Source: an uncultured Rhodospirillaceae bacterium
GTDB taxonomy: Bacteria; Pseudomonadota; Alphaproteobacteria; UBA8366
NCBI GenBank assembly: GCA_913043025.1
Contig: CAJWLM010000008.1
Span: 39,306 to 103,305, forward strand
Reading direction: 5' to 3'
DNA: 64,000 bases
Part shown: piece by piece, positions 47,163 to 55,845 of the stretch
Layout: every line of letters starts with the position of its first letter
How positions within the stretch are numbered: the stretch's first letter is position 1
Notes under the pieces: generated by a model
The model's input: the letters and a program-made list of their open reading frames with translations, nothing else
The model's database searches: none
What the model was told of the DNA's origin: nothing
Made by a program: the position numbers and the translations under genes

Positions 47163-48728
47163 ATGCAAGCCATGGGCCAAACACTCAATGCGTTCTATGA
47201 CCTTGAGGTCTGTCCGATTACCTTCGACTTCGTTAATTTTTTAATTCTTGCTGAATTAGAAAGACGCCGACGTAAACTTAAAGATCTACATGTAACTATT
47301 GTGCCAGGTTCAAATGAAGGTTTCCGTGATGACGATGCAGCCTTTAACACCTCCAATAAAATTTGGCGCCTCGAACAAGTAGCTGTTCCTGCGTGTTGGT
47401 TGATGCCAAAACCAGTGAAACTGACAATATGCAGAAAGCGCTCTGACCTTAGTCAGCATTTTAATGAATTATCAGAAAATATATTTCCTCTGGATTATCA
47501 TCCGGACGCACCACGGGGCGATTTCCTTTGGGCTGGGATAGCCGCCGCTGCAGCAACAGGTGAAGATATTCCTCGTCTCCGCGCAACTGCCCAGGGCAAA
47601 ACCTACATGGCCCAATGGCTATCTAGTCTCGGCAAAGAAACAAGGCCAGTAACGATCACACTCCGAGAAAGCAGTCATAAGCCCGCACGGAATAGTAATA
47701 TCGTTGAATGGGCTGAAGCAGCTAAGAAAATATCAGGCCTCGGGTTTCATCCAATTATTGTTAGAGATACGGAGAATTCGTTTAACACACCTGATCCACT
47801 TTTTAAGAACTTCAGCCATTGCCCCCAAGCTGCCGTAAACCTCGACCTACGCCTCGCTCTATATGAATTATGCCAAACCAATTTGATGGTACTAAACGGA
47901 CCCGGCGTTCTGTGCTGGCTCAGCAAAAAAGCATCCTACATAATGTTTCGGATGATCACTTCCAATGTAGATAATAGTAATCTTGCAATGTTAGCATCTA
48001 TGGGTCTCGCCCCAAATTCAGATTTAGCCATTGCGAGCCCAAAACAACGGCTTATCTGGGAGACAGATACATCAGAGAATATAGTACGAGAATTCCAGAA
48101 ACTTACAAAGGCGATGAATAATGATGATGATAATGATCTGATACAATCACCTAAAGTGGATTCTTCACTCACCTTAGCACAACAGTTTTTCCTTACGGGG
48201 CGATTCGAAGAAGCCACTTCAATAGTAAAGAAGTATCTCGAATCATACCCCGAACATCCAGACGCGTGGCAGTTAATTGGACTCATAGCTTTCAAGGCTG
48301 AAAAATTTGATGTTGCGGAAAAAATGATGCAACGAGCGATAAATCTCGATGGAACTAAAGCAAGTTTTTTTGTCAATTTAGGTACCTTATATCGGCGGAC
48401 AAGTCGTCATGAGGAGGCGTTGCAGGCGTTCACTAAAGTAATATTAATTGATGATAACGATGCAGACGCCCATGCGCAGATAGCAGAACTTTTGTTACTC
48501 AAAGGCGAAAAAAGCCAGGCTAAAGGCGCTATGGGAAAGGCGGTAGAAATTGGGCAACATTCACCGGAAATCTGCGAAAAGGCAGCAAAGATGTTGAACG
48601 ATTTAGGTAATTATGAAGATGCAAACGGTTTTTATAGGCGCGCGATCGAGTTAAGAGAGGAGTTAGAGAAAGAACGCCAAATACAAAAAGCGAAATCACC
48701 TGAACTTGTTATTCCATCCATAAAATAA
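47163..48728 (+). CDS. 521-aa protein: one divergent GT9-like module followed by TPRs (single-module paralog of the 1043-aa protein)
   Basis: LNAFYDLEVCPITFDFVNFLILAE..HVTIVPGSNEGFR, VTITLRESSHKPARNSN..PIIVRDTEN and VNLDLRLALYELCQTNLMVLNGPG align by eye with the N-terminal module of 34319-37450. C-terminal TPRs are present (PDAWQLIGLIAFKAEKFDVAEKMMQRAINLD..). Confidence 0.55.
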   Translation: MQAMGQTLNAFYDLEVCPITFDFVNFLILAELERRRRKLKDLHVTIVPGSNEGFRDDDAAFNTSNKIWRLEQVAVPACWLMPKPVKLTICRKRSDLSQHFNELSENIFPLDYHPDAPRGDFLWAGIAAAAATGEDIPRLRATAQGKTYMAQWLSSLGKETRPVTITLRESSHKPARNSNIVEWAEAAKKISGLGFHPIIVRDTENSFNTPDPLFKNFSHCPQAAVNLDLRLALYELCQTNLMVLNGPGVLCWLSKKASYIMFRMITSNVDNSNLAMLASMGLAPNSDLAIASPKQRLIWETDTSENIVREFQKLTKAMNNDDDNDLIQSPKVDSSLTLAQQFFLTGRFEEATSIVKKYLESYPEHPDAWQLIGLIAFKAEKFDVAEKMMQRAINLDGTKASFFVNLGTLYRRTSRHEEALQAFTKVILIDDNDADAHAQIAELLLLKGEKSQAKGAMGKAVEIGQHSPEICEKAAKMLNDLGNYEDANGFYRRAIELREELEKERQIQKAKSPELVIPSIK

Positions 48729-48808
48729 ATATTAGGAACATCTCTTAAAAAGATAAACGGCTGTGACAAAATTTTTTGATTGCGTAACGTTTTGATTGAT
48801 GAAAAATT

Positions 48809-49585
48809 TTATCCGATAGGTTGACATTGCGGGCAGAAGAATGCCGATCGACCATTAATTTCAATTTTTTCAATGGTCTCACTACACAATGGGCAGTGAG
48901 TTTTATTAAAAATATTTAATCTTTCTGCGTTCCTACCTTTAATATCTATTGAGGTAGTAATTATCCTGTTGTTTTGCATGCCCACGTGCAAAAGTACCTT
49001 GGCGTCATCCCACAGTTTCTTCAACTGGGCCCCGCTTAAATCCTTTCCTACGGTGCAGGGATGTATATTTTGACGCCAAAGAATTTCTGTTCGATAGATA
49101 TTACCGATACCAGCCACAACGGATTGATCCATTAATAATGTTCCTATCCTGGCCCTACTGCGTTTTACCCTATTGAAAAAATAATATGGGTCAGCGTCGT
49201 CACGAAGCAGATCAGGACCTATGCGCAGAATTAATCTATCAAATTCATCTTGATTCCGTACCGCACAAATAGTTGGCCCACTTATATCCACGCAACAATC
49301 ACCACCTATTAAACGAACCCGGACTTGACCAAGAGGCGCCATCACTGGAGCTTTTGTCTTTCGTATACGACCGAATAGGCCAAGGTGTATGTGAAGGTAC
49401 ATATCACACGTAAATTTATAAAAGAGATGCTTGCCAAATGCCTCGATGGAGGAGCATACGTGCATGTCGAGTATTTTCGCGCCGTCGGAAAAGCGCCCCT
49501 GTGGCGATGACACGATGATTCTATGACCCATAAGAGCTTTTTTATGATCACGAGCTGCGCGATGGATTGTGTGTCCCTCAGGCAT
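48809..49585 (-). CDS. Fpg/Nei-family DNA glycosylase (endonuclease VIII-like)
   Basis: With the ATG at 49585 the protein starts MPEGHTIHR (catalytic Pro2, Glu3). The helix-two-turn-helix region is LMDQSVVAGIGNIYRTEILW. The C-terminal zinc finger is CPLCSETI..FFCPQCQ. Confidence 0.85.
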   Translation of the reverse strand: MPEGHTIHRAARDHKKALMGHRIIVSSPQGRFSDGAKILDMHVCSSIEAFGKHLFYKFTCDMYLHIHLGLFGRIRKTKAPVMAPLGQVRVRLIGGDCCVDISGPTICAVRNQDEFDRLILRIGPDLLRDDADPYYFFNRVKRSRARIGTLLMDQSVVAGIGNIYRTEILWRQNIHPCTVGKDLSGAQLKKLWDDAKVLLHVGMQNNRIITTSIDIKGRNAERLNIFNKTHCPLCSETIEKIEINGRSAFFCPQCQPIG

Positions 49586-49788
49586 TGTAATGGAGAACCC
49601 ACTTAAAACAATGTTTACTGAAAATAAACAGTAGAGCAAACGTATTCGTTTTCAATAACAAACAAAGGCGCTTATTCATTATAATTGCCTAGGTAACAAC
49701 AACGGTACCTTCAATTTATAAGTGTTGAGAATCAATGAGAAAAAATGCAACAGTTAGTCGGAATATTTCTTTGCGAGGTAAATATTAG

Positions 49789-50430
49789 ATGAGCAAAATA
49801 GTAGTAATGGGTGGGTCGCGAGGTATAGGGATCGAAACAGTGAAGGTGCTGCTTGAAAGAGGACATCAGGTGACCGCGTTTTCCAGAAGCGCCAGTGATT
49901 TTGGCGACGGTAATCCGAATTTTAAGCATGTATGTGGTGACGCCTGCAACCCGGCTGATGTTTGTGCCGTTGTTGAGTCTAATGAAGTAGTTATACAGAC
50001 ACTAGGAGTTCCGTTGAATCTTAAGCTTATAACAGGTCCAATTGACCTTTTTTCTAAATCGACCAGAATACTAATAGATGCCATGGAACATGCGAAAGTA
50101 CGGCGACTAATTTCAGTCACGGGCTTTGGTGCAGGAAGTAGTTTCCAGAGCATAAATTGTTTTCAGAAAATTCCATTCCAAATATGTTTTGGAGTGGCTT
50201 ATAGGGATAAGTCCATTCAAGAGACCCTTATTAAAAATTCAAGCCTAGATTGGACGATTGTTCGCCCCGGCGTTCTTACCAATCAAAAATTAAGCAAGCC
50301 ATATACTATTCGCCTCCACCCAACAGAATGGCGCAATGGTGTCATATCGCGATCAGCAGTAGCTGACTTTATAGCTTCTGCCGTAGATGATCCAAAGATG
50401 TTTGGCGCTGAACCAGTGTTGGCAAATTAG
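49789..50430 (+). CDS. NAD(P)H-binding NmrA/atypical-SDR-like protein
   Basis: 213 aa. The N-terminal IVVMGGSRGIGIETVKVLLERGHQVTAFSRS is a Rossmann fold. Confidence 0.65.
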   Translation: MSKIVVMGGSRGIGIETVKVLLERGHQVTAFSRSASDFGDGNPNFKHVCGDACNPADVCAVVESNEVVIQTLGVPLNLKLITGPIDLFSKSTRILIDAMEHAKVRRLISVTGFGAGSSFQSINCFQKIPFQICFGVAYRDKSIQETLIKNSSLDWTIVRPGVLTNQKLSKPYTIRLHPTEWRNGVISRSAVADFIASAVDDPKMFGAEPVLAN

Positions 50431-50539
50431 ATACCAATAGTGCCGAAATTTTAAACAAAATTGATGATTTGAAGGAGGTGCGCCAATTGGGCCAAAGCGA
50501 TTCGGAAAAAACCGCTAAACCATTCTCTTTACTAAAAAA

Positions 50540-50616
50540 TGGTGACTCCGGCAGGACTCGAACCTGCAACCCCCGGCTTAGAAGGCCGGTGCTCTATCCG
50601 GTTGAGCTACGGAGCC
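50540..50616 (-). tRNA. tRNA-Arg (TCT)
   Basis: The reverse complement reads GGCTCCGTAGCTCAACCGGATAGAGCACCGGCCTTCTAAGCCGGGGGTTGCAGGTTCGAGTCCTGCCGGAGTCACCA. The anticodon loop CTTCTAA gives anticodon TCT. CCA is encoded. Confidence 0.93.
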
Positions 50617-50652
50617 TCTCAAATTTTTTATCGTCAGTTGCGAGAAGTGCAA

Positions 50653-50958
50653 TTAATGTGTCCATGGCCGACGTCGATCATAGGCAAAATTATCCGAATA
50701 AGCCTTGGGTTTAATTCGGCGTTCGTTTGACGGCATAACAGTATAAGTGTATCCCTGGTTCTTAGCATACTCAACCGCGTCTTTTTGATTTTCAAATTCA
50801 AGCTTAACTTGACGACTTGTATCACTCGAACCATTCCACCCCATAATAGGGTCTGGTGCAATTGGATCCTGAGGTTCAAAAACTAGACACCAATCTTTGG
50901 TTTTGGCACGTCCTGACTGCATTGCAGTTTTTGTAGGTTTATATATGCGAACGTGCAT
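50653..50958 (-). CDS. NDUFS4-like protein (ETC complex I subunit conserved region family)
   Basis: With the ATG at 50958 the protein starts MHVRIYKPTKTAMQSGRAKTKDW.L.FE, typical of the alphaproteobacterial NDUFS4 homologs. GAGAGGA lies upstream. Confidence 0.75.
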   Translation of the reverse strand: MHVRIYKPTKTAMQSGRAKTKDWCLVFEPQDPIAPDPIMGWNGSSDTSRQVKLEFENQKDAVEYAKNQGYTYTVMPSNERRIKPKAYSDNFAYDRRRPWTH

Positions 50959-51169
50959 TATGTATCCTCTCAAAATCAATGTACCGTGGTGACTTCATAT
51001 CTGACATCTATGTCTGAAGAATTGTATTTGAAACCCCTATCGCATCTCAATGAATTTAATTTCAAATTTTATCACACAACCCTTACTCAGTATTAATTAG
51101 GATAACTAAAAAGCTAAACCATACGAAAGTAAGCATCCAATTTTATGGGACGAACCAGTCAACATCAGT

Positions 51170-51592
51170 TTATCTTTCTTTCGGCGCGGCGGCCATGTGA
51201 ATTTTATTTTCATCAAAATATTTTTTTGCCACCCGCGCTGCACTTAGACCTGCAGGCACTCCCGCGTAAACACTGACATGAAGCAAAACCTCGCGAATTT
51301 CTTCCGGAGTGCACCCGTTTCTCAGCGCGCCATCGATGTGATGCTCTAGCTCGACCGGTTTATCGAGGGCGGCAAGCAAACAGACACTCAGCATACTCTT
51401 GATATTTCTATCTAGTCCAGGCCGAGCCCAGACCATACCCCAACCCCATTCCGTCGCAGCTTGTTGGAAAGCAGCCATAAATGGGTCATTATCAGCGTCA
51501 GCAATTCCTTTATTAACTCGGTCTGAGTCAAGGACAGCGGTGCGAACTGCCAATCCTTTTTTGAATTGCTCATTTTTATCCAAATAAACCAT
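51170..51592 (-). CDS. Carboxymuconolactone decarboxylase-family protein
   Basis: 140 aa. Contains WARPGLD...S....A and EEIREVLLHVSVYAGVPAG, the CMD/PcaC family motif. Confidence 0.8.
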   Translation of the reverse strand: MVYLDKNEQFKKGLAVRTAVLDSDRVNKGIADADNDPFMAAFQQAATEWGWGMVWARPGLDRNIKSMLSVCLLAALDKPVELEHHIDGALRNGCTPEEIREVLLHVSVYAGVPAGLSAARVAKKYFDENKIHMAAAPKER

Positions 51593-51903
51593 TTTATTCT
51601 CCGTTGTTTCTAATAAACCGTAGATTGCCTAACTTTTATTCTTGCCTTGTATAAGTTTTTTAAAATTTTTCCTAATAAGGCACCGTTAGGCTGAGCTCAT
51701 ACATCAAAACACCTTGAACGTGTACCTTGATTGGTATTTTCAGTGATCAGATTTGATTAAAACCATTTGGTTACTCTGCGCGGCACTAATATGAGTCGTA
51801 TCTGCAACAGAGTAGTGTGACCAGAAAACATGACGCTGCCAAAGGTATAGTCAAAAAATATTTATCAATATTTCCCATGATCTATATCGCTAATGCAATT
51901 AGA

Positions 51904-51980
51904 TGGTCGGGGCGGTATGATTCGAACATACGACCCTCTGCTCCCAAAGCAGATGCGCTACCAGGCTGCGCTACGCCCCG
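51904..51980 (-). tRNA. tRNA-Pro (TGG)
   Basis: The reverse complement reads CGGGGCGTAGCGCAGCCTGGTAGCGCATCTGCTTTGGGAGCAGAGGGTCGTATGTTCGAATCATACCGCCCCGACCA. The anticodon loop TTTGGGA gives anticodon TGG. CCA is encoded. Confidence 0.93.
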
Positions 51981-52069
51981 ACATAAGATAAATATTCTCA
52001 AACTTATGCGGTTCTAGAGTAAACTCAGTTGTGTTCCAACAAAAATAATTGAAAAGTTGTGAGTATTTT

Positions 52070-53023
52070 ATGAAAATTGGTTTTTTGTCCAAAGCTGGTG
52101 TAGACATCGCGGAAATGAAAAAAGTTTTTTATCCGAAACAGATTTCTATTTTCAACAGCCAGGCGTCATTGAGAGAAGCAGCTCACGAACTCGATATCCT
52201 CATTGCACAAAACCAAGGCTTTTATCGTTTTACCATAGACGCTGATATCCTTAGGTGTGCGAAAAAACTCCGCCTCGTTCAGCATATTGGGGTGGCCGCA
52301 GACATCACTGATGTCAAGGCCGCCGGCGAATATGGTATTCCCGTTGCGACGGTCCCTGCACAGAATTGCCGTTCAGTAGCTGAGACTGCGATGTATATAA
52401 TGCTTGGTTGTGCGAAACGAGGCAGAACTGCACAACGCCTAGTAGGTGAAGGATCAATGGCTGAATTTCAATGTAATGAGCTTGGTGGTAAAATGCTATG
52501 CCTCATCGGGCTTGGTACAATTGGCAAAATGCTGGTACCCATGGCCCGCGGTTTTGGAATGAATATCATAGCTGTTCGCAGGGACATTTCCAAAGATGGC
52601 GATATTGATGGCGTTGAAAAGATTTATCCAACAGAAGATCTCTACTTAGCTTTAAGACAAGCAGACTATATCATTCTCGTCTTGCCACTTAATGACGAAA
52701 CCCTTCACATGATTGATGACAAGGCTTTTTCTTCAATTAAATCAGATGCCTTTTTAATTAACATGTCACGAGGTGACCACATTGCCCGAACCGCTCTGGA
52801 AAAAGCACTTGCAGATGGGAATATTGCGGGATTTGGCACAGACGTTTTTTGGAAGGAGCCAAATGACCCTGATGATCCGTTACTCCGAGATGAACGTGTT
52901 TTTGCCACACCCCATTCGGGGGGTAAATCGTATGAAGCAATTTCCGGAGGCACACGAGAAGTTTACAAAAATATTCAGAGGGTTATTGATGGAAAAGTCC
53001 CGTTAAATATCATGTCGCAGTGA
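52070..53023 (+). CDS. D-isomer-specific 2-hydroxyacid dehydrogenase family protein
   Basis: NAD-binding motif is LCLIGLGTIGKMLVPMARGFGMNIIAVRR. The catalytic region is LINMSRGDHI ... TPHSGG. I prefer the ATG at 52070 over the TTG at 52049. Confidence 0.8.
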   Translation: MKIGFLSKAGVDIAEMKKVFYPKQISIFNSQASLREAAHELDILIAQNQGFYRFTIDADILRCAKKLRLVQHIGVAADITDVKAAGEYGIPVATVPAQNCRSVAETAMYIMLGCAKRGRTAQRLVGEGSMAEFQCNELGGKMLCLIGLGTIGKMLVPMARGFGMNIIAVRRDISKDGDIDGVEKIYPTEDLYLALRQADYIILVLPLNDETLHMIDDKAFSSIKSDAFLINMSRGDHIARTALEKALADGNIAGFGTDVFWKEPNDPDDPLLRDERVFATPHSGGKSYEAISGGTREVYKNIQRVIDGKVPLNIMSQ

Positions 53024-53136
53024 AATTAGTACGCTACCTAAAAAAGCATGCCCTGACGTATCACTGAATTACCCAAGTTCAAAACTTTGCTAAAAGTATA
53101 ACACCAGCCATGGTCCAATTTTGACTAACACCCGAA

Positions 53137-53661
53137 CTACTCGTTGCCAAATATCGAGTGGCGCACTAAGTCTCCTACCTTAAAGCCAAACCTCGATACA
53201 ATTCCAGCATTAAGCTCTAAGACGGCACGCGCTGGGAACTTACCAGTAATTAACTTCTCGCTGAGCGGGACAGCTCTCTCGTGGATATAATTAATACGTC
53301 CTTTAGTATCAATGAATAGCATGTCTAATGCCAAATAAGTGTTTTTCATCCACATAGAAATTTTAGAACGCGTTTTATAAACGAACAACATACCATTTTT
53401 TTGTGGTAAAGACCGCCGGTACATCAAGCCAATTGATTTCTGGCTCCGAGAAACCGCAAGCTCAACAACAAATTTTTGGGCTGTGCCGTCACTTTCAATT
53501 ATCAATATAGAAGCCGCAGATTCTGGCTTTGCATGGCACTGGCCACCAACCACAAACACCGTACATATAAATACAATGTAACTCAAAGACGCAAAGGAAT
53601 GGCTTAAAATTTTCTTAAGAAAATTATTATACTTGAAAACACACGGACTATTGCTGGGCAT
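53137..53661 (-). CDS. DUF192-domain protein with an N-terminal membrane/signal anchor
   Basis: 174 aa. GLMYRRSLPQKNGMLFVY...MWMKNTYLALDMLFID and AVLELNAG are typical of DUF192 (COG1430). Confidence 0.65.
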   Translation of the reverse strand: MPSNSPCVFKYNNFLKKILSHSFASLSYIVFICTVFVVGGQCHAKPESAASILIIESDGTAQKFVVELAVSRSQKSIGLMYRRSLPQKNGMLFVYKTRSKISMWMKNTYLALDMLFIDTKGRINYIHERAVPLSEKLITGKFPARAVLELNAGIVSRFGFKVGDLVRHSIFGNE

Positions 53662-53709
53662 CCCTACGTGAACCGAATTTTTTCTGCATAGTCGAATGCA
53701 ATGGAAGAC

Positions 53710-55416
53710 CTAAGTGAATTGAACAATCAACAGCAGCATTAATAGGAGTATTACCCATACAACCATAGTGCCAGCACTCGTTGCCCGTGCCGCAAGACTA
53801 TTAGGGCCACTGTGATATCGAACTTGTTCAATAACGTATTTTACACACTCCACCATCATGCTACGGAGCGCTAATGCTGCCAAACTTATGCTGTGTATAA
53901 CATTCCTCACGATCTCACTGCCGGCGCGACGATAAAACCAATCAAAATCAAGTACAGTCGATCTTAATTCTGGCGGATAAAGGCCGGTTTTTTGAAGAAC
54001 GGCAAAAGCGAGAGCTGAAAACATGAGAAGCTGAAGCATAGTCACCACATGCGTCGTGGTATAGGGCACATAATCTACCGGATAAGGCAAAATATCATAA
54101 AGCGGTTGCGGGTAGACCCCAATTCCAAAACATAATATCGCAGCGATACCCATAGCAATTAACATATTCATGGGAGCCTCTTTGGGCCGTTTTCCAGAAT
54201 CATGAGCAAAAAACGCGAAAAAAGGGATTTTTATTCCAGAGTGATGGAATACGCCCGCTGAGGCAAAGAGCAGCAAGAGAAATGGAAACAGATAATCTTG
54301 ATCAGCAGCTGCAGTTAAAATCATTGATTTAGTAACGAACCCAGAAAACAATGGAAAACCAGAGATTGCTGCCGATCCAACGATACAGAAGCCAGTGGTC
54401 CAAGGCATCGATTTATAAAGGCCGCCCAGTTCAGAACCCTTTGCAGTTCCCGCACGATATAGCACAGCACCCATCGCCATAAACAGAAGAGCTTTATATA
54501 AAATATGTGCAAAGGCATGACTGACAGCACCGTTGATAGCTAATTGAGTGCCAATACCTACACCGGCAACCATGAACCCCAGCTGATTATTTAGTGAGTA
54601 GGCAAGAACACGCCGTAAATCATTTTCTATAACTGCAAAAAATATTGGGAATGCTGTCATGGCTGCCCCAATCCAAACAAGCAACTCCGTTCCGGGATAG
54701 CCACGCGCTAATGCATAAATAGCCAACTTGGTTGTAAATGCCGAAAGAAAAACAGTACCCGTTGGAGATGCTTCTGGATAGGCATCCTGAAGCCAATTGT
54801 GCATGAGAGGGAACGCACATTTGATACCAAAGGCCAAAAAAATAAGGACACCCCCTGGTCCATCCAAACCAATGAAGTTAAAAGCTAACGAGCCTGTCGT
54901 TTGAGCCTGCACCACAGCTCCCGCAGCTAACAGCACGCCTGAGAAAATTTGTATGATGAGATAACGCATGCCAGCGTCATATGCTCTATTGCTACCTCCA
55001 GCCCATATTATAAATACGGAGGTGAGTGCAGTAAGCTCCCAGTATACAAATAGTGTTATAAGGTCGCCCGCGAAAGCCGCCCCGATGGCAGCGCCTGCAT
55101 ACGCCAGCGCTGCTGTTTGCTCCATTACATCCTTAGAATGCAACGAGAAAAGAGTAGCAACAAATGCCGCAATGTAAAAAATAATACCAAAAACAAAGGA
55201 AAGAGCATCGATGCGAACATGAATGAGCTCGTAACCGAATAATGATATTTCCCCAAAACTTCCGTGTTCAAGTGAAAGAAGGCTCAAGAGTCCTACAATA
55301 GGCAACAGGAGTAAGTACCCTTTCCTTGGCCAACCTGGCGGGATTAGCGGAACAAGGAAGGCGCCTATTATCAGTATTAACCCGGGAGGAATATCAACGA
55401 TCATAATAATCTTCAT
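53710..55416 (-). CDS. Mrp-like antiporter, large NuoL/M/N-family subunit (MrpD/A-like, third copy)
   Basis: 568 aa polytopic protein of the Proton_antipo_M type, with motifs such as FVYWELTALTS and H.W..DAYPEA. Confidence 0.8.
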   Translation of the reverse strand: MKIIMIVDIPPGLILIIGAFLVPLIPPGWPRKGYLLLLPIVGLLSLLSLEHGSFGEISLFGYELIHVRIDALSFVFGIIFYIAAFVATLFSLHSKDVMEQTAALAYAGAAIGAAFAGDLITLFVYWELTALTSVFIIWAGGSNRAYDAGMRYLIIQIFSGVLLAAGAVVQAQTTGSLAFNFIGLDGPGGVLIFLAFGIKCAFPLMHNWLQDAYPEASPTGTVFLSAFTTKLAIYALARGYPGTELLVWIGAAMTAFPIFFAVIENDLRRVLAYSLNNQLGFMVAGVGIGTQLAINGAVSHAFAHILYKALLFMAMGAVLYRAGTAKGSELGGLYKSMPWTTGFCIVGSAAISGFPLFSGFVTKSMILTAAADQDYLFPFLLLLFASAGVFHHSGIKIPFFAFFAHDSGKRPKEAPMNMLIAMGIAAILCFGIGVYPQPLYDILPYPVDYVPYTTTHVVTMLQLLMFSALAFAVLQKTGLYPPELRSTVLDFDWFYRRAGSEIVRNVIHSISLAALALRSMMVECVKYVIEQVRYHSGPNSLAARATSAGTMVVWVILLLMLLLIVQFT

Positions 55417-55822
55417 CCCGTATTAAAAATTTCCTCAGTTCCCTCGAAGCGAGCACCAATAGAAAAGAAAGACCAAACCCAAATATGCCGAAAAAGCCAA
55501 AAATCCCTTCGAATTCGTAGTGGGTATGCTTGTGATAAAATGCGTCACTCACCACAAGCGCAATACAAATAAATACGAGCACATAGAAAATTTTATTTAC
55601 GTTTCTAGCGTCATCTAACCAATAATGCTTTTTGTTAGGGACCTTTTTTTTCAATCTCGCACTCCGGATGGCTTTATCCGGAGAACTTGGTGTTTTTTTA
55701 ATACCCTTTTTTACCCCATCATTAGATATCTTTTTGGGAGGAAATTTTCTCTTTTTAGATGCTGTTGATTTCTTTAACACAGCATTTTTACTGATTGCTT
55801 TTTTGATCGGCTTTTTTGCCAT
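55394..55822 (-). CDS. Lysine-rich N-terminal tail + 2-TM membrane protein embedded in the Mrp-like operon (unknown function)
   Basis: 142 aa. The first 65 residues contain 22 Lys (MAKKPIKKAISKNAVLKKSTASKKRKFPPKK..). Two hydrophobic segments follow (IFYVLVFICIALVV and IFGFFGIFGFGLSFLLVLA). Its 3' end overlaps the next gene by 23 nt. Confidence 0.6.
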   Translation of the reverse strand: MAKKPIKKAISKNAVLKKSTASKKRKFPPKKISNDGVKKGIKKTPSSPDKAIRSARLKKKVPNKKHYWLDDARNVNKIFYVLVFICIALVVSDAFYHKHTHYEFEGIFGFFGIFGFGLSFLLVLASRELRKFLIRDEDYYDR

Positions 55823-55845
55823 GTTCGATCCCTAACGCCCCCAAA

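Noticed and set aside
4419-51980. Idea that the ~46 kb between the tRNA-Cys/Asn pair and the tRNA-Arg/Pro pair (containing PR and the glycosylation island) is one tRNA-bounded genomic island
   Set aside because: I could find no integrase, transposase or direct repeat of a tRNA 3' end. The interval also contains many ordinary core-metabolism genes (sthA, metC, selU). Only the 28.9-48.7 kb block looks accessory.
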